The notes: generated by a model not told the origin, from the sequence alone. A stretch of DNA of 64,000 bases from Candidatus Heimdallarchaeota archaeon (GCA_019058275.1 JAHLVW010000066.1:192001-256000), one strand, 5' to 3'; shown: positions 1-10,086, numbered from the stretch's first letter. Numbers and translations: made by a program.

Positions 1-753
1 TCCTCAAAAGTTAGAGCAAATGCTGCTATGTCTTTGGGACAATTAAATGATAACAGAGCAATACAACCATTAATTCAAGCTCTAAAAGACAAAGATAGTT
101 TTGTTCGAGGAATGATTATCTATTCTTTAGGTTTGATGAAAGCTGATTCTGCTGTAGATGCTTTAATTGTTGTGTTGGAAAGTGATTCAGATAAGGAAGC
201 AAGAATGGCTGCTGCAGATTCCTTAGCTCAATTAGAAAACATTAAGGCAATTCATCCATTAGTGAAGGCACTCGTAAATGATGAATCAAACGATGTAAGA
301 AATGAAGCTAAGAATTCATTAGACAGATTAAGTATAATAACTTCGTTCCATGATCTTGATAACCTTGTACTAGAAGAAGTGCAACGTAAAAAGGAGTCTG
401 GAACTGAAACCAAGGTAGAGGAGCGTCAACAATTCTTAGATGATATGCAGCAAAAAGAAATCGATAATAGAAGAAAGGAAATTGTTACAATCATAGAAGA
501 GGAATTGCCTAAGATGTTAGAATATGCAATCCATAATGAGGAAATTTCTTTTGATAAAATATGTGATAAATTTGATTGTGATGACTTTACTTTAGAATTT
601 GCTATAACAAAATTAACTGATAACAAAAAAATTAATGCTAAGGTTAATCCTGGAAGAAGAAGTTTCATTGTTATGAAACCAAATGCTGAACTAAGTGAAG
701 AAGCTCAAATGAAATTGAAGCTGATTAGAAAGAAATTTGGCATCGATTGGTAA
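1..753 (+). CDS. HEAT/PBS-lyase repeat protein with C-terminal PCI-like winged-helix domain (5'-truncated by the window edge)
   Basis: Frame open from base 1 (SSKVRANAAMSLGQL...). Repeated 'VR..Aa.aLg.l....Ai.pLi.aL.D' HEAT units. C-terminal EISFDKICDKF..LEFAITKLTDNKKINAKVN resembles a PCI winged helix. Confidence 0.8.
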   Translation, partial: SSKVRANAAMSLGQLNDNRAIQPLIQALKDKDSFVRGMIIYSLGLMKADSAVDALIVVLESDSDKEARMAAADSLAQLENIKAIHPLVKALVNDESNDVRNEAKNSLDRLSIITSFHDLDNLVLEEVQRKKESGTETKVEERQQFLDDMQQKEIDNRRKEIVTIIEEELPKMLEYAIHNEEISFDKICDKFDCDDFTLEFAITKLTDNKKINAKVNPGRRSFIVMKPNAELSEEAQMKLKLIRKKFGIDW

Positions 754-892
754 ATGCTAATAGAAATTCAATTGAAGCTATTTTTTTTAGGTTAAATTTA
801 ATAAAAAGTATTCATTATTAGTTTTGTAATATAATGAGTACAATCAAGGAATTTTCATTTAGTAATACAATAAAATAGTTGTGGAGATATCT

Positions 893-1783
893 ATGCAGAA
901 TGTAGCGATTATAACTAACGGAAGTTGTGATTTACCTAATGACTTGGTGCAAAAATATAATATACATATTGCTCCTTTTCAAGTAATTTTTGATTCAGAA
1001 GTGTTTAAGTTATTTGGAGATTCAGGTGATATAACCAAAGAAGAATTTTATGATCGATTAGTAAATGGTCCAATATTTCCATCAACTGCAGTTCCAACAC
1101 CAAAATCATTCCTAGATGCATTTGAGAAAGCATCAAAAGAAGCTAAATCTGTAATTGCGATATTTTTGTCAAAAGAATTATCAGGAACAATTCAAAGTGC
1201 ACTTAGAGTAGTACCTATGATAGAGAATGCTGACATAACAGTAGTAGATTCGAAAGCTTCAGCATCTGCTTTAGGTTTAATTGTTTTAGATGCTGCACAA
1301 CTAGCAGTAAATGGGGCAACTAAAGATGAGATTTTAGAAAGGTTAAATGAAATAATCCCACAAACAAGATTAGTATTGACACTTAATACAATGGAATATC
1401 TTTATAGAGGTGGTAGAATAGGGAGGGCAAAGAAGCTCTTAGGTCAAGCATTAAACATTAAACCAATTTTGCATTTTGAAGATGGATTTGTATCTTCGGG
1501 TGGAACAATAAGGGGAAGAGATGAAGTAATTAAAAGATTGAAATTCACTGCTCCTTATATTGTTAGAAATGCAGTAACAGATTATATCTTCGTTTGGCAT
1601 ACAAGAGATTTAGATATTGCTAAAGAACTTCTTGATATCATGGAAAAGGTTAATGAAAATAATAAAGAGATTAGGATTCAAGAAGCAGGTCCAGTCATAG
1701 GCACACATATAGGTCCGAAATCATTAGGATTTACATACATTGGTAAATACAATAAGAATTGGTTACTAAAAATGGAAGAGTAG
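893..1783 (+). CDS. DegV family fatty-acid-binding protein
   Basis: AIITNGSCDLP, PSTAVP, SKELSGT, YLYRGGRIG, LNIKPIL, GPVIGTHIGP motifs. ATG 893 follows a GGAG RBS (the ORF track starts at GTG 881). Confidence 0.93.
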   Translation: MQNVAIITNGSCDLPNDLVQKYNIHIAPFQVIFDSEVFKLFGDSGDITKEEFYDRLVNGPIFPSTAVPTPKSFLDAFEKASKEAKSVIAIFLSKELSGTIQSALRVVPMIENADITVVDSKASASALGLIVLDAAQLAVNGATKDEILERLNEIIPQTRLVLTLNTMEYLYRGGRIGRAKKLLGQALNIKPILHFEDGFVSSGGTIRGRDEVIKRLKFTAPYIVRNAVTDYIFVWHTRDLDIAKELLDIMEKVNENNKEIRIQEAGPVIGTHIGPKSLGFTYIGKYNKNWLLKMEE

Positions 1784-1784
1784 G

Positions 1785-2708
1785 TTAATTTTCCTCTTTT
1801 CTTCTCTTCTTTCTAATGCAGCGAATTATCACATTGAATACAATGATTAATCCAATTGTAAATACTGCAATACCAATTTCAAATCCAGGGATGAATGCTG
1901 ATATAAACTTGAAACTCGGTAAATCATATCCACTTAAATGAATAACTACATTGATTTCTTCAGCAATTGAATAGCTAGCAAATAGACCATTGAAATTTGT
2001 TGATATTCTATATCCTAACAAAATTCCTGTTGTATCGTTCCATACAAACTTAATACTGTGATCAAATTGAATATTAACATCCAGCGTTTGATTTTCAAAA
2101 GAACCTCGCATATAAACATCAAACATAACTTGCTTATTTTGATGTTCAAAATGTGCTTGCAAATATGCTTCATATGCATAAACACCCGGAAGAACGTTAT
2201 GGTATTCTACTGTTGTTAGATTGTCCATAAAATCCCAAACATCAGCTTCTGTTTCTATAAAAAACCAATCTAGAATCTCTGGGCCATTTACTATATCCTT
2301 TGAATTAAAACCTTCTGTGGTAATTCGTGAGCATTCTTCTTCTGGATAATAAAGGAATTTAGCAAATTCCATCAAAAATTCATCATTTGTTATATGGCCC
2401 AATACATTATCAGTTGCGTTACTAACTCTAAAATCAACACCCCAATTTGCATCTACATCTAACACTTCAACAGAAAATTGTCCTCTTTGTGGCAAGTTAA
2501 GATTGCCAAAAGTACCACCTGTTCCACCTTCAATAAGGTCATTAACTTGAACAGACCATGCAGAGCTGTCAAGTACATAATTAAATGTTTGATCTGAGAT
2601 ATCACTATAATCTGCTTTTGTATCAATACAGGTAATTAAGATAATGCCAATTAGAAGTATATTAATTGACAATGAGGTCATAATTGCTCTTAGGGTTTTT
2701 AATTTCAA
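1785..2708 (-). CDS. Secreted/surface protein with PGF-like C-terminal sorting signal; paralog of 4211-5081
   Basis: N-terminal signal peptide; C-terminal FIPGFE + TM helix + RKKRRK tail. Shares TTG..GYR and GY.LP.F blocks with the 4211 protein. Confidence 0.75.
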   Translation of the reverse strand: MKLKTLRAIMTSLSINILLIGIILITCIDTKADYSDISDQTFNYVLDSSAWSVQVNDLIEGGTGGTFGNLNLPQRGQFSVEVLDVDANWGVDFRVSNATDNVLGHITNDEFLMEFAKFLYYPEEECSRITTEGFNSKDIVNGPEILDWFFIETEADVWDFMDNLTTVEYHNVLPGVYAYEAYLQAHFEHQNKQVMFDVYMRGSFENQTLDVNIQFDHSIKFVWNDTTGILLGYRISTNFNGLFASYSIAEEINVVIHLSGYDLPSFKFISAFIPGFEIGIAVFTIGLIIVFNVIIRCIRKKRRKEEN

Positions 2709-2897
2709 ATGGAATTCACCATACTAAAGAATCAATATGCATTAGTAGTCAAATAAATAATCACAGATTAAAATATTGCTTTAAGTTGGATGAAATATAC
2801 CTTTTTGATACAAATCAAATCGAAGAGAAGAAATTATTAAAAGTAAGCAATAAACAATTATTACAACTACTTTAGATTATTACTGTGGTGAAAATTA

Positions 2898-4166
2898 TTG
2901 AAGGAAATTAAAATTGGGAATGTCTCAGGAGAACCTGGGAAAATAAATTATGGTTTTCTAGACATATTGGAACATCCTGTTGGAACAGTTGAAAGGTTAC
3001 CTATAATAATCGCTCAGGGATTAAAAGATGGACCTGTATTATGGCTTACAGCAAATATACATGGAGATGAATATACTGGAATTCCTGTTATTCATAGAGT
3101 AATTAAGAATATTTACATAAAAGAGCTTAAGGGAGCAATTGTAGCCATACCCACTCTGAATCCTTCTGGTTCACGAATTAAAACAAGATATCCTTATTTC
3201 GATAAAAAAGATCCAAATCGACTTTTCCCTGATGGAAACCCATTCAAAGACAAATCTAAAACTGATAAATCAAGTGTAAGTCAAATCGTTTTGGATGAAG
3301 TGCAAAAAGATGCAGACATATCTATAAAAACCGAACAAGTCATTAAGATATCTGTTGAGGATGAAGAAAAAACTGAAATCAAGGATCCTCTGGCAGTTTA
3401 TGATAATGAAGAATTGTATCCATCTACACAAGAAATGATTTGGAAGAAACTTTTTGAGATAATAAAATCCTCTGCTGATTATTTGATAGATTTACACAAT
3501 GCATTCATAAAATCTATACCTTTTATATTTCTAGATCGGGTCCTCTACAATGATAATTTAGGGGAAGACGCAAAAAAGGAAGCTGAGGAATTATACAAGA
3601 AAACAGAAGAAATGGTAAAAGCATTTGGTTTTACAGTTGTAAGAGAAACTACTCCCACAAAATATATACAGAAAAAGCTTCACCGATCCACTTCAGGAGC
3701 AGCTTTAAATTATCTAAGAATTCCTTCTTTTACTGTTGAGCTTGGGATGTATTTAGACGTCGAACCAGAAGTGGTTGACGCAGCAACTGTTGGAGTATTG
3801 AATGTTCTCAAATGGTCTGGGATGATTGCTGGTTACATTGAAAAAATAAAAGATGTACCAGTAATAGCTGAAAATGCAGCTGTTAGACATATAGGACATC
3901 CAAGAGCAAAAGAATCCTCAATCATTGAATTAAAAGTAAAGAAAGGTGATTTCGTTAAAAAAGGAGATGTAGTTGCTAAAGCAAAAGACATCTTCGGACG
4001 ACCTTTAGCAAGTGGTTCAGAAATTAAAACTGAAGTTAATGGGTATGTTTTCATGATTAATGAAGGCATTTTGAGATATCCAAATGAAGAGATTTGCTGG
4101 CTAGCTGCTGAAGATGTTAAACCTATGGTTGATAAATGGCCAAAGAAAAGCCAAATACAACAATAA
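2898..4166 (+). CDS. Succinylglutamate desuccinylase/aspartoacylase (M14-like AstE/AspA) family protein
   Basis: IHGDE zinc motif, DPNRLFP, LIDLH, TVELG, C-terminal biotinyl/lipoyl-like KGDFVKKGDVVA. GGTGA RBS before the TTG start. Confidence 0.88.
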   Translation: MKEIKIGNVSGEPGKINYGFLDILEHPVGTVERLPIIIAQGLKDGPVLWLTANIHGDEYTGIPVIHRVIKNIYIKELKGAIVAIPTLNPSGSRIKTRYPYFDKKDPNRLFPDGNPFKDKSKTDKSSVSQIVLDEVQKDADISIKTEQVIKISVEDEEKTEIKDPLAVYDNEELYPSTQEMIWKKLFEIIKSSADYLIDLHNAFIKSIPFIFLDRVLYNDNLGEDAKKEAEELYKKTEEMVKAFGFTVVRETTPTKYIQKKLHRSTSGAALNYLRIPSFTVELGMYLDVEPEVVDAATVGVLNVLKWSGMIAGYIEKIKDVPVIAENAAVRHIGHPRAKESSIIELKVKKGDFVKKGDVVAKAKDIFGRPLASGSEIKTEVNGYVFMINEGILRYPNEEICWLAAEDVKPMVDKWPKKSQIQQ

Positions 4167-4179
4167 AAAAAACTGGGAT

Positions 4180-4198
4180 GCGTAGATTTTATCTACGC
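4180..4198 (-). terminator. Hairpin (GCGTAGAT-ttt-ATCTACGC) with adjacent U-tract between convergent genes
   Basis: Perfect 8-bp inverted repeat; the A-run at 4165-4172 reads as a U-tract on the minus strand. Confidence 0.55.
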
Positions 4199-4210
4199 TT
4201 CTTAATAGAT

Positions 4211-5081
4211 TTATTTTCTCTTTTTGATTATGTACGCAATAGTACCGATTACAGCTAATGTAGGAATTGCTATTAACAATTCAAAACCTGAAATGAATCC
4301 ACTTGGAAATATTAAGAATGCCGGTAGGTTATAACCTTCTACTTCAAAATGCTGAACCATATCAATTTCCATAATAGATCCTGCAACATTTCCAGTATAA
4401 TCAATGTACATACGGAATCCTTTGACTGCTCCAGTAGTTTTATCGAAAGCAAATTTCATATTATATACTCCTTTGAAATCAGTGTTGTCAGCTGAAGAAT
4501 AATATCGACCACTAAGATACCAATCAAATACTGCAGTACTCGATGAATTAACGAATTCTCCTTGTAATTGGCTAAATGTCCATTCAGGATCTGTAAACAT
4601 GGACTCTACATATGTATCATTAGACAATTCAGTAAGCAAATCTGAGTATCCTACAGGATCGACGAAGAATAATCTAAACAGTTCAGGACCTTTTTCAATT
4701 TCATCTTGATCCCAAGTAGAGAATCCACCTGATATCATAATTGGATAAAATAGTAATAAGACGAAGCCAAGAATATCGAATCCTGAATTCGTTCCTTCAT
4801 CAAATTCTGAACCAATAGTCACATTCCAACTAACAGAAGAAGTACTTGCAGATGTTACATTAAGATCAAATTGTGTTCCTGCTGGATAAGAAGTGTTCTC
4901 AAAGTTAAATCCAGTTCCTGCTCCTGTATTTGTACCTTGCTTAAGAGTCCATTCTGATGCTACTACATCAAATGTGTATGTTGTACCTGCTGTGACATTA
5001 TAGTCAGCTTTTATCACGGACATGCTCGATACTAAACCAATAACAAATATTCGGTAATATAAAATTGATTAGTTTTTTCAA
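4211..5081 (-). CDS. Secreted/surface protein with PGF-like sorting tail (signal peptide cut off by a frameshift near 5052)
   Basis: ORF 4211-5023 ends FISGFE-TM-KKRK. Upstream GGTGAT RBS + TTG at 5081 encodes MKKLINFILP, which joins IFVIGLVSSMSVIKAD after a 1-nt shift. Confidence 0.72.
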
Positions 5082-5245
5082 ATTTATCACCCAAAATTAT
5101 AATGTTTAATGAAAAACATATAACAATTAAAAACCCCGAAGCATATATGAACTTTACTTTATGAGAAAATTCTGTGCAAATCCTTAGTGATTGTTTCTAA
5201 TGGAGACATTGAATCTCAAATACTAAACCAATAAATGAATTTATT

Positions 5246-6757
5246 ATGATATTTGAAAGTACTAGTAGTATTTCAGAGGAGCTTTATTCAGTGAATCTCT
5301 TTAAAATATTTAAATCACAGTATCTTTTGCTTTTTATTTTAGCATTTAATTTTAGCATTATTTTCTCTTCAGTTCATTTTAATGATCAGAATACACTATC
5401 CAATGCAAGAATTCAGAAATCTGATCAAATGTTAAATGAATATGTTGAAGTTAATGCAGCAGATAAAACACAGATTCTATCTTTTACCTTTGCAATAGCT
5501 CCTACAAACAAAATATACTTGATTTATAATGAGCAAAATATCGATAATAATTCCATTAAAATGATAACATCTGATAGTAATTATCTGTGGAATAAATCAG
5601 CTGAAACAATTCTGGTTGAAAATGAAACTTTCAATCTTTTTGGAACACCAACTGCTTTTGCTACATCAGATGAACTTGCTGTAGCAATTACCTATTCACT
5701 GAATGAATATTCTGGTATTAAGATGTTAGTGAAGCAGTATTTGGATTTGAATTGGGTGGAGAAAATCACCCTATCAAATGATTCCTTTTCATTTCATGAA
5801 CCAATATTAAGATTAGATCAGAACTCAAATGACTACTGGCTATGTTGGAAAGATAATAGAGTTGGAGATTATAATCTATATTATCTCCATTATAATAGTA
5901 CTTCAGAACAATGGAGTAATCAAAGCAGGATAACTGAAGCAACAGGATTGAATAGTACAGATTGTGATTTTATATTAGATGATAATGGTAATGCTCATTT
6001 CGTATGGTCAGAGGGATTACATTTTGAAGAAAAAATCCTTTACAAGATGATATATAGAAATGGAACTCAAAAACCAATTGAAGAATTAACTACTGGTACT
6101 ACTAGATGTAGACATTCAAAAATCATAATCGATTCTTATAGTATGTTAAATGTTTTCTGGGGTAATTATACAGTTGAGTTTCCAGGAACACAATTTGGAA
6201 CAAAAAACATCCATTCTGCCAATAAACCTATTTTTGGTAATTGGAGTGAACCAATTGAAGTTGCTCCATTTATCCCTCCTGATAGACCTGCATCAGGTGA
6301 ATCAGATGCAAGCATGCCTTCAGTTGCTTTGGATGGGCAAAATCAACTCTGGTTAGCTTACGAAATAAGAGAGGAATATGCTTACCATCAAGGTGTAGAT
6401 ATTAGGGAAAGAATTAATCTGAATTGGCAACCTAGTACTCAACTTTCTCATGCTAATAATGCTGCTTTAAGACCAAAAATCAAAGTTGATGCTACTGGAA
6501 ATCTTCATTGCTTTTGGCTCGACGGAAGATTTGGGAACTATGAGCTATTCCATCGAATAAGATTTGCAAGTGGTGCTTGGTCTGATGAACTTAGCCTAAC
6601 AAAAGATGCTTTAGAGCTGGGTTTAGTTTGGACTATAATTATAGTAGTTATTTGTGGAACAATCTTGCTAGCTGTTCCAACAATAATAGTAAAGAGAATT
6701 AGAGCAAGAAGAAACATGGAAATAGTAAGGAGAAAAATGCAAGACTTAGAGAAGTAA
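5246..6757 (+). CDS. Membrane-anchored extracellular beta-propeller (BNR/sialidase-like repeat) protein
   Basis: N-terminal hydrophobic segment; repeated 'P.i..D..Gn.H..W.d......i.y......WS...l' blades; C-terminal TM plus basic tail. Confidence 0.65.
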   Translation: MIFESTSSISEELYSVNLFKIFKSQYLLLFILAFNFSIIFSSVHFNDQNTLSNARIQKSDQMLNEYVEVNAADKTQILSFTFAIAPTNKIYLIYNEQNIDNNSIKMITSDSNYLWNKSAETILVENETFNLFGTPTAFATSDELAVAITYSLNEYSGIKMLVKQYLDLNWVEKITLSNDSFSFHEPILRLDQNSNDYWLCWKDNRVGDYNLYYLHYNSTSEQWSNQSRITEATGLNSTDCDFILDDNGNAHFVWSEGLHFEEKILYKMIYRNGTQKPIEELTTGTTRCRHSKIIIDSYSMLNVFWGNYTVEFPGTQFGTKNIHSANKPIFGNWSEPIEVAPFIPPDRPASGESDASMPSVALDGQNQLWLAYEIREEYAYHQGVDIRERINLNWQPSTQLSHANNAALRPKIKVDATGNLHCFWLDGRFGNYELFHRIRFASGAWSDELSLTKDALELGLVWTIIIVVICGTILLAVPTIIVKRIRARRNMEIVRRKMQDLEK

Positions 6758-7270
6758 ATCCTCAATTTTTTTCTCTTCTTCAATATCGAGATTTTCTAAA
6801 ATTTCTAAATAAACTTCATTGGGATATTTAACACCCAAGAATCTAGCAACTACTTTTTTCTTACCATCTTCAGTTTTGTTATAAAAGACAATCGTTCCAA
6901 AATTAAAAATATTTGACAAAATTGGTGTTTTTCTAATTTTCATATCAACAATTTTCTCAAACTCAACAATTTTACTTTTTTTGGATCTATAAACACTTCT
7001 TATCTCAATTGAATCTGTATCGACCCAATATCTAGGAGCACTAATGAAGATGTAAGTAAGAGCAAAAACAGTGAACCCAACTAACGTAAAACCTACCCAA
7101 ATTATCTTAGAGTACCGTTCTGGATTAGGCCAACCTAAATCATATGGATTTAGCAAGAAGTGAACAATTGTGAATAATCCTAGATTAATAATCAAAGTAA
7201 GTGCTAACCATTGCATAATATATTCTATGGAAACTTCCAATGAAAATCTTGAACTTTTACTTTCGCTCAT
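6746..7270 (-). CDS. Membrane protein with bacterial PH (bPH_2-like) domain
   Basis: Two TM helices, then RYWVDTDSIEIR...FEKIVD.....L..IFNFGTIVF...F.GVK.P, a pattern typical of PH-like domains. Confidence 0.7.
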   Translation of the reverse strand: MSESKSSRFSLEVSIEYIMQWLALTLIINLGLFTIVHFLLNPYDLGWPNPERYSKIIWVGFTLVGFTVFALTYIFISAPRYWVDTDSIEIRSVYRSKKSKIVEFEKIVDMKIRKTPILSNIFNFGTIVFYNKTEDGKKKVVARFLGVKYPNEVYLEILENLDIEEEKKIEDLLL

Positions 7271-7402
7271 TGCTATTTGCTCTTTTTTTTTTATTATGCA
7301 ATTGCTTTCCCTACTTTTCTAATTTTAGTTGATTTCTACAATTATTTAGTTAAAACTAGAAATTTGAGAAATAAAAAAGAAAAATGAGATATCAAATAAA
7401 AG

Positions 7403-8027
7403 CTATTCGTCACTTTCTTCTGGTTCTTCGTCTACTTCATCTTTCTTCTGTTTCAGTTGTGTCTTCTTCAACTTCTTCGTCAGGTGTTTCTTCTTCCTCT
7501 TCACATGTTTCTTCGACTACTTCATCTTCTTCAGTTTCAGTTGTATCTTCTTCACTTGTTTCTTTGTCTACTTCTTCATCTTCTTCCTCTGAAATTTCAA
7601 TAACTTCTTCTGCAATATCTTCAGCAATCTCTTCAATGACTTCTTCATCAACTTCTTTGTCAACGATTTCTTCCATCGTGTCTTCTAAGGCTTCTTCTAC
7701 AGCTTCTTCTAAAGTTTCTTCTATAATTTCTTCTTCTTCCTCTTTGGTGACTTCTTTGACTTTAGGAGCTTTCTTTGGTTTCTTCTTACCGCTACGAACA
7801 GCCAATACAATAATAATGACTGTTAAGCCAATCAATGCAAGTCCTGCTCCAACCAAAAAGAGTACAATGAATATAATTGGTACGTCTGGAAGATTAGATA
7901 TCCCTTCAACAAGTATCATTAAAGCTGGTATAATGACTAAAAACAATCCAAAAACTGCAACTGCATATGATAGAGCAATTGCTAAACTACCTTTAGTTCT
8001 AGGTTCAGTTTCTTCTTCAGCTGTCAT
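7403..8027 (-). CDS. Two-TM membrane protein with long Glu-rich disordered tail (1-nt insertion near 7443 shortens the called ORF to 7437)
   Basis: 2 TM + KKKPKK + acidic tail. The internal repeat EEDTTETEEDEV continues in the shifted frame to DEVDEEPEESDE-TAG at 7403. Confidence 0.7.
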
Positions 8028-8294
8028 GTTTCTTCTTATCCACAACATCAAAATTAAACATTTTGTCTAAAAAAGACCATTTTAGTTCTAGTAATTCTGC
8101 AATTATAATTTGCATATGTTTCCAAAACAGGTATTTTTTTGTAGTAAAAAATTCAATTAAATTTCCTTAAGAAAAGATCCTCTTTTTGTTAGCATTCTAA
8201 ATTAAATACCCTCGAAAGTTAAGAAAATAAACGATTATTGTTAAGAAAAAGACTGTCAATAGTACACTAAGAAAAGAGTAATTGGAGGCCTATA

Positions 8295-8699
8295 ATGGAA
8301 ATTACTAGTAAATGGATTGAAAAAAATAAATTCAAAGTTGATGATGGAAAACATCCATTCTTTATCCTTGACACACCAGAGAAATATGGTGGGGATGATG
8401 CTGCCCCAACAGCATTAGAAATGGCGGTAATGGCTTTAGCAACATGTTTAGGTACATCCTATCGAATGACTTTAAGTCATATGCATCTTACATTTAAAGA
8501 GCTTGAAATAAAAGCAATAGCAAATAAATCAGATGATATACACTTGTCAGACATTCATCTAATGGTTTATGTGAAATCAAAAGAATCTCAAACGAAATTA
8601 GAGAAAGCTTTAGCTATCGCTGAGAAGAATTGTGCAGTTGATATAATATTTCATCAAACAGAAATTCCAATAGAAACAAAGCTAAAGATATTAAGTTAA
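8295..8699 (+). CDS. OsmC/Ohr family protein
   Basis: GGDDAAPTALE..ALATC and KNCAV (two conserved Cys); GGAGG RBS. Confidence 0.88.
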   Translation: MEITSKWIEKNKFKVDDGKHPFFILDTPEKYGGDDAAPTALEMAVMALATCLGTSYRMTLSHMHLTFKELEIKAIANKSDDIHLSDIHLMVYVKSKESQTKLEKALAIAEKNCAVDIIFHQTEIPIETKLKILS

Positions 8700-8807
8700 A
8701 AATAGAACTTCATTTGTTTTCGTGTAGTTCCTTTTAAAAGATTTATACATAATATACTGAATCACAATTTTCGATTAGATCGCCTAAACTTTAGAGGTAA
8801 AATAAAA

Positions 8808-9215
8808 ATGAAATCAACATATAAACTAGTGAAAAATTATCAAGCAATTGTAGATAATGGAAGAAATCATGCTACAGTAATTGATTTAACACCAAAAGGT
8901 GATGGTGAGAGTTTAGGTCCAACAGCATTAGAATTATGCTTAATGAGTTATTCCGGTTGTATCGGTACGATCTTCGCCAAAATTGCTAGAAAAATGCGTT
9001 TAGCTATTGAAAGCTTGGAAGTTGTTCTTGAAGCTGATAGAGACAAAGAAGACCCTACGATGAGATCTGTAAATGCAACAGTAAATGTAAAATCTCCTGA
9101 TTCAGTTGCAAAACTCGAAAAGTGCTTAGATTTTATATTGCACACTTGCCCTGTAGGTGTACTTTTTGATAATGCAGATGTACCAAAAAATGTTAAATTG
9201 AATGTAATAGAGTGA
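8808..9215 (+). CDS. OsmC/Ohr family protein (tandem paralog)
   Basis: GESLGPTALELCLMSYSGC and TCPVG; GAGGT RBS. Confidence 0.9.
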   Translation: MKSTYKLVKNYQAIVDNGRNHATVIDLTPKGDGESLGPTALELCLMSYSGCIGTIFAKIARKMRLAIESLEVVLEADRDKEDPTMRSVNATVNVKSPDSVAKLEKCLDFILHTCPVGVLFDNADVPKNVKLNVIE

Positions 9216-9381
9216 AGGATTATTTGCTTTTTTCCCAAAATTTCCTGTACTTTATTCAAAAATTAATGCAATCATCACTTTTTCTAGTTTTTTTTCATGT
9301 CGCTTTAGTAAAAGATTTTTATTAGATAAATATTAAATACTCGTATAGCTATTTCAATTCAATATATTTGGTGTATACATC

Positions 9382-9933
9382 ATGTCTTTTGGCAGTATAT
9401 TACTTGGCGCCTTAATAGGCGGTTTATTAAGTAGCGGTGCAGTAATTGGCATCTCTTTCTTGTTCACACTTCTACCATGGTGGGCCATACTCCTAATTGG
9501 CGCTGGTGGCAGTTTAATCGGTGGTATAATCGCTGGTGTAATTGCTAAAGGTGTTGGAGCAGGTGCCCTTGCAGGTCTATTATCTGGTTTAATAGTGCTT
9601 ATTGCTAGTTTCCTATTCTTGTGGTTGTACTATAAAGCTACAATATCCGCATTTGTAGTCTCTATGGGAAGTGTAGCACAGTTCGCAGATGAGGTAGTTG
9701 ATCTATTTGGTGTTGGTGGAACTGACGTAGGCATCATGATGGAACAATGGATAACAGCTTCGATTCCTACAACAGCTGACATACAAGCCTTTGTTGATAG
9801 TAAATTTATTTTCTTTGCATTAATACTTGGTGCCATATTTGGCGGTATCGCTGCTGTAACAAACTTCTTCGCTGGTATGATTGTCGGTCTTTTCACAAGA
9901 AAGAAGAAGGAAAGCTACGATTCTTACTATTAA
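9382..9933 (+). CDS. Glycine-zipper multi-TM membrane protein (DUF5518-like)
   Basis: GxxxG-rich TM helices (IGGIIAGVIAKGVGAGALAGLLSG); basic C-terminal tail. Confidence 0.6.
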   Translation: MSFGSILLGALIGGLLSSGAVIGISFLFTLLPWWAILLIGAGGSLIGGIIAGVIAKGVGAGALAGLLSGLIVLIASFLFLWLYYKATISAFVVSMGSVAQFADEVVDLFGVGGTDVGIMMEQWITASIPTTADIQAFVDSKFIFFALILGAIFGGIAAVTNFFAGMIVGLFTRKKKESYDSYY

Positions 9934-9945
9934 AACATAAGACAA

Positions 9946-9971
9946 CCGCGTGATACTACAATCCCACGCGG
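9946..9971 (+). terminator. Hairpin CCGCGTG...CACGCGG followed by T-rich tract
   Basis: 7-bp GC stem 12 nt after the stop at 9933, extendable by ATAAG/CTTAT, followed by tttcttttttt. Confidence 0.55.
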
Positions 9972-10086
9972 AACTTATTTCTTTTTTAAATACTCTAAAA
10001 TACATTAATATTCTTAGGAGAATTTTTAGTAAACAAAAATTAAGCTATTTTATTAATTTCATAATCTGTTAGTCGGGAATGAAAAA

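Noticed and set aside
3235-3420. Intein in the AstE-like gene
   Set aside because: Too short, and lacks the N-terminal Cys/Ser block and the C-terminal His-Asn.
7384-8070. 228-aa Ser-rich plus-strand ORF
   Set aside because: Antisense shadow of the Glu-rich minus-strand gene (GAA codons read as TCT/TTC); no independent signals.
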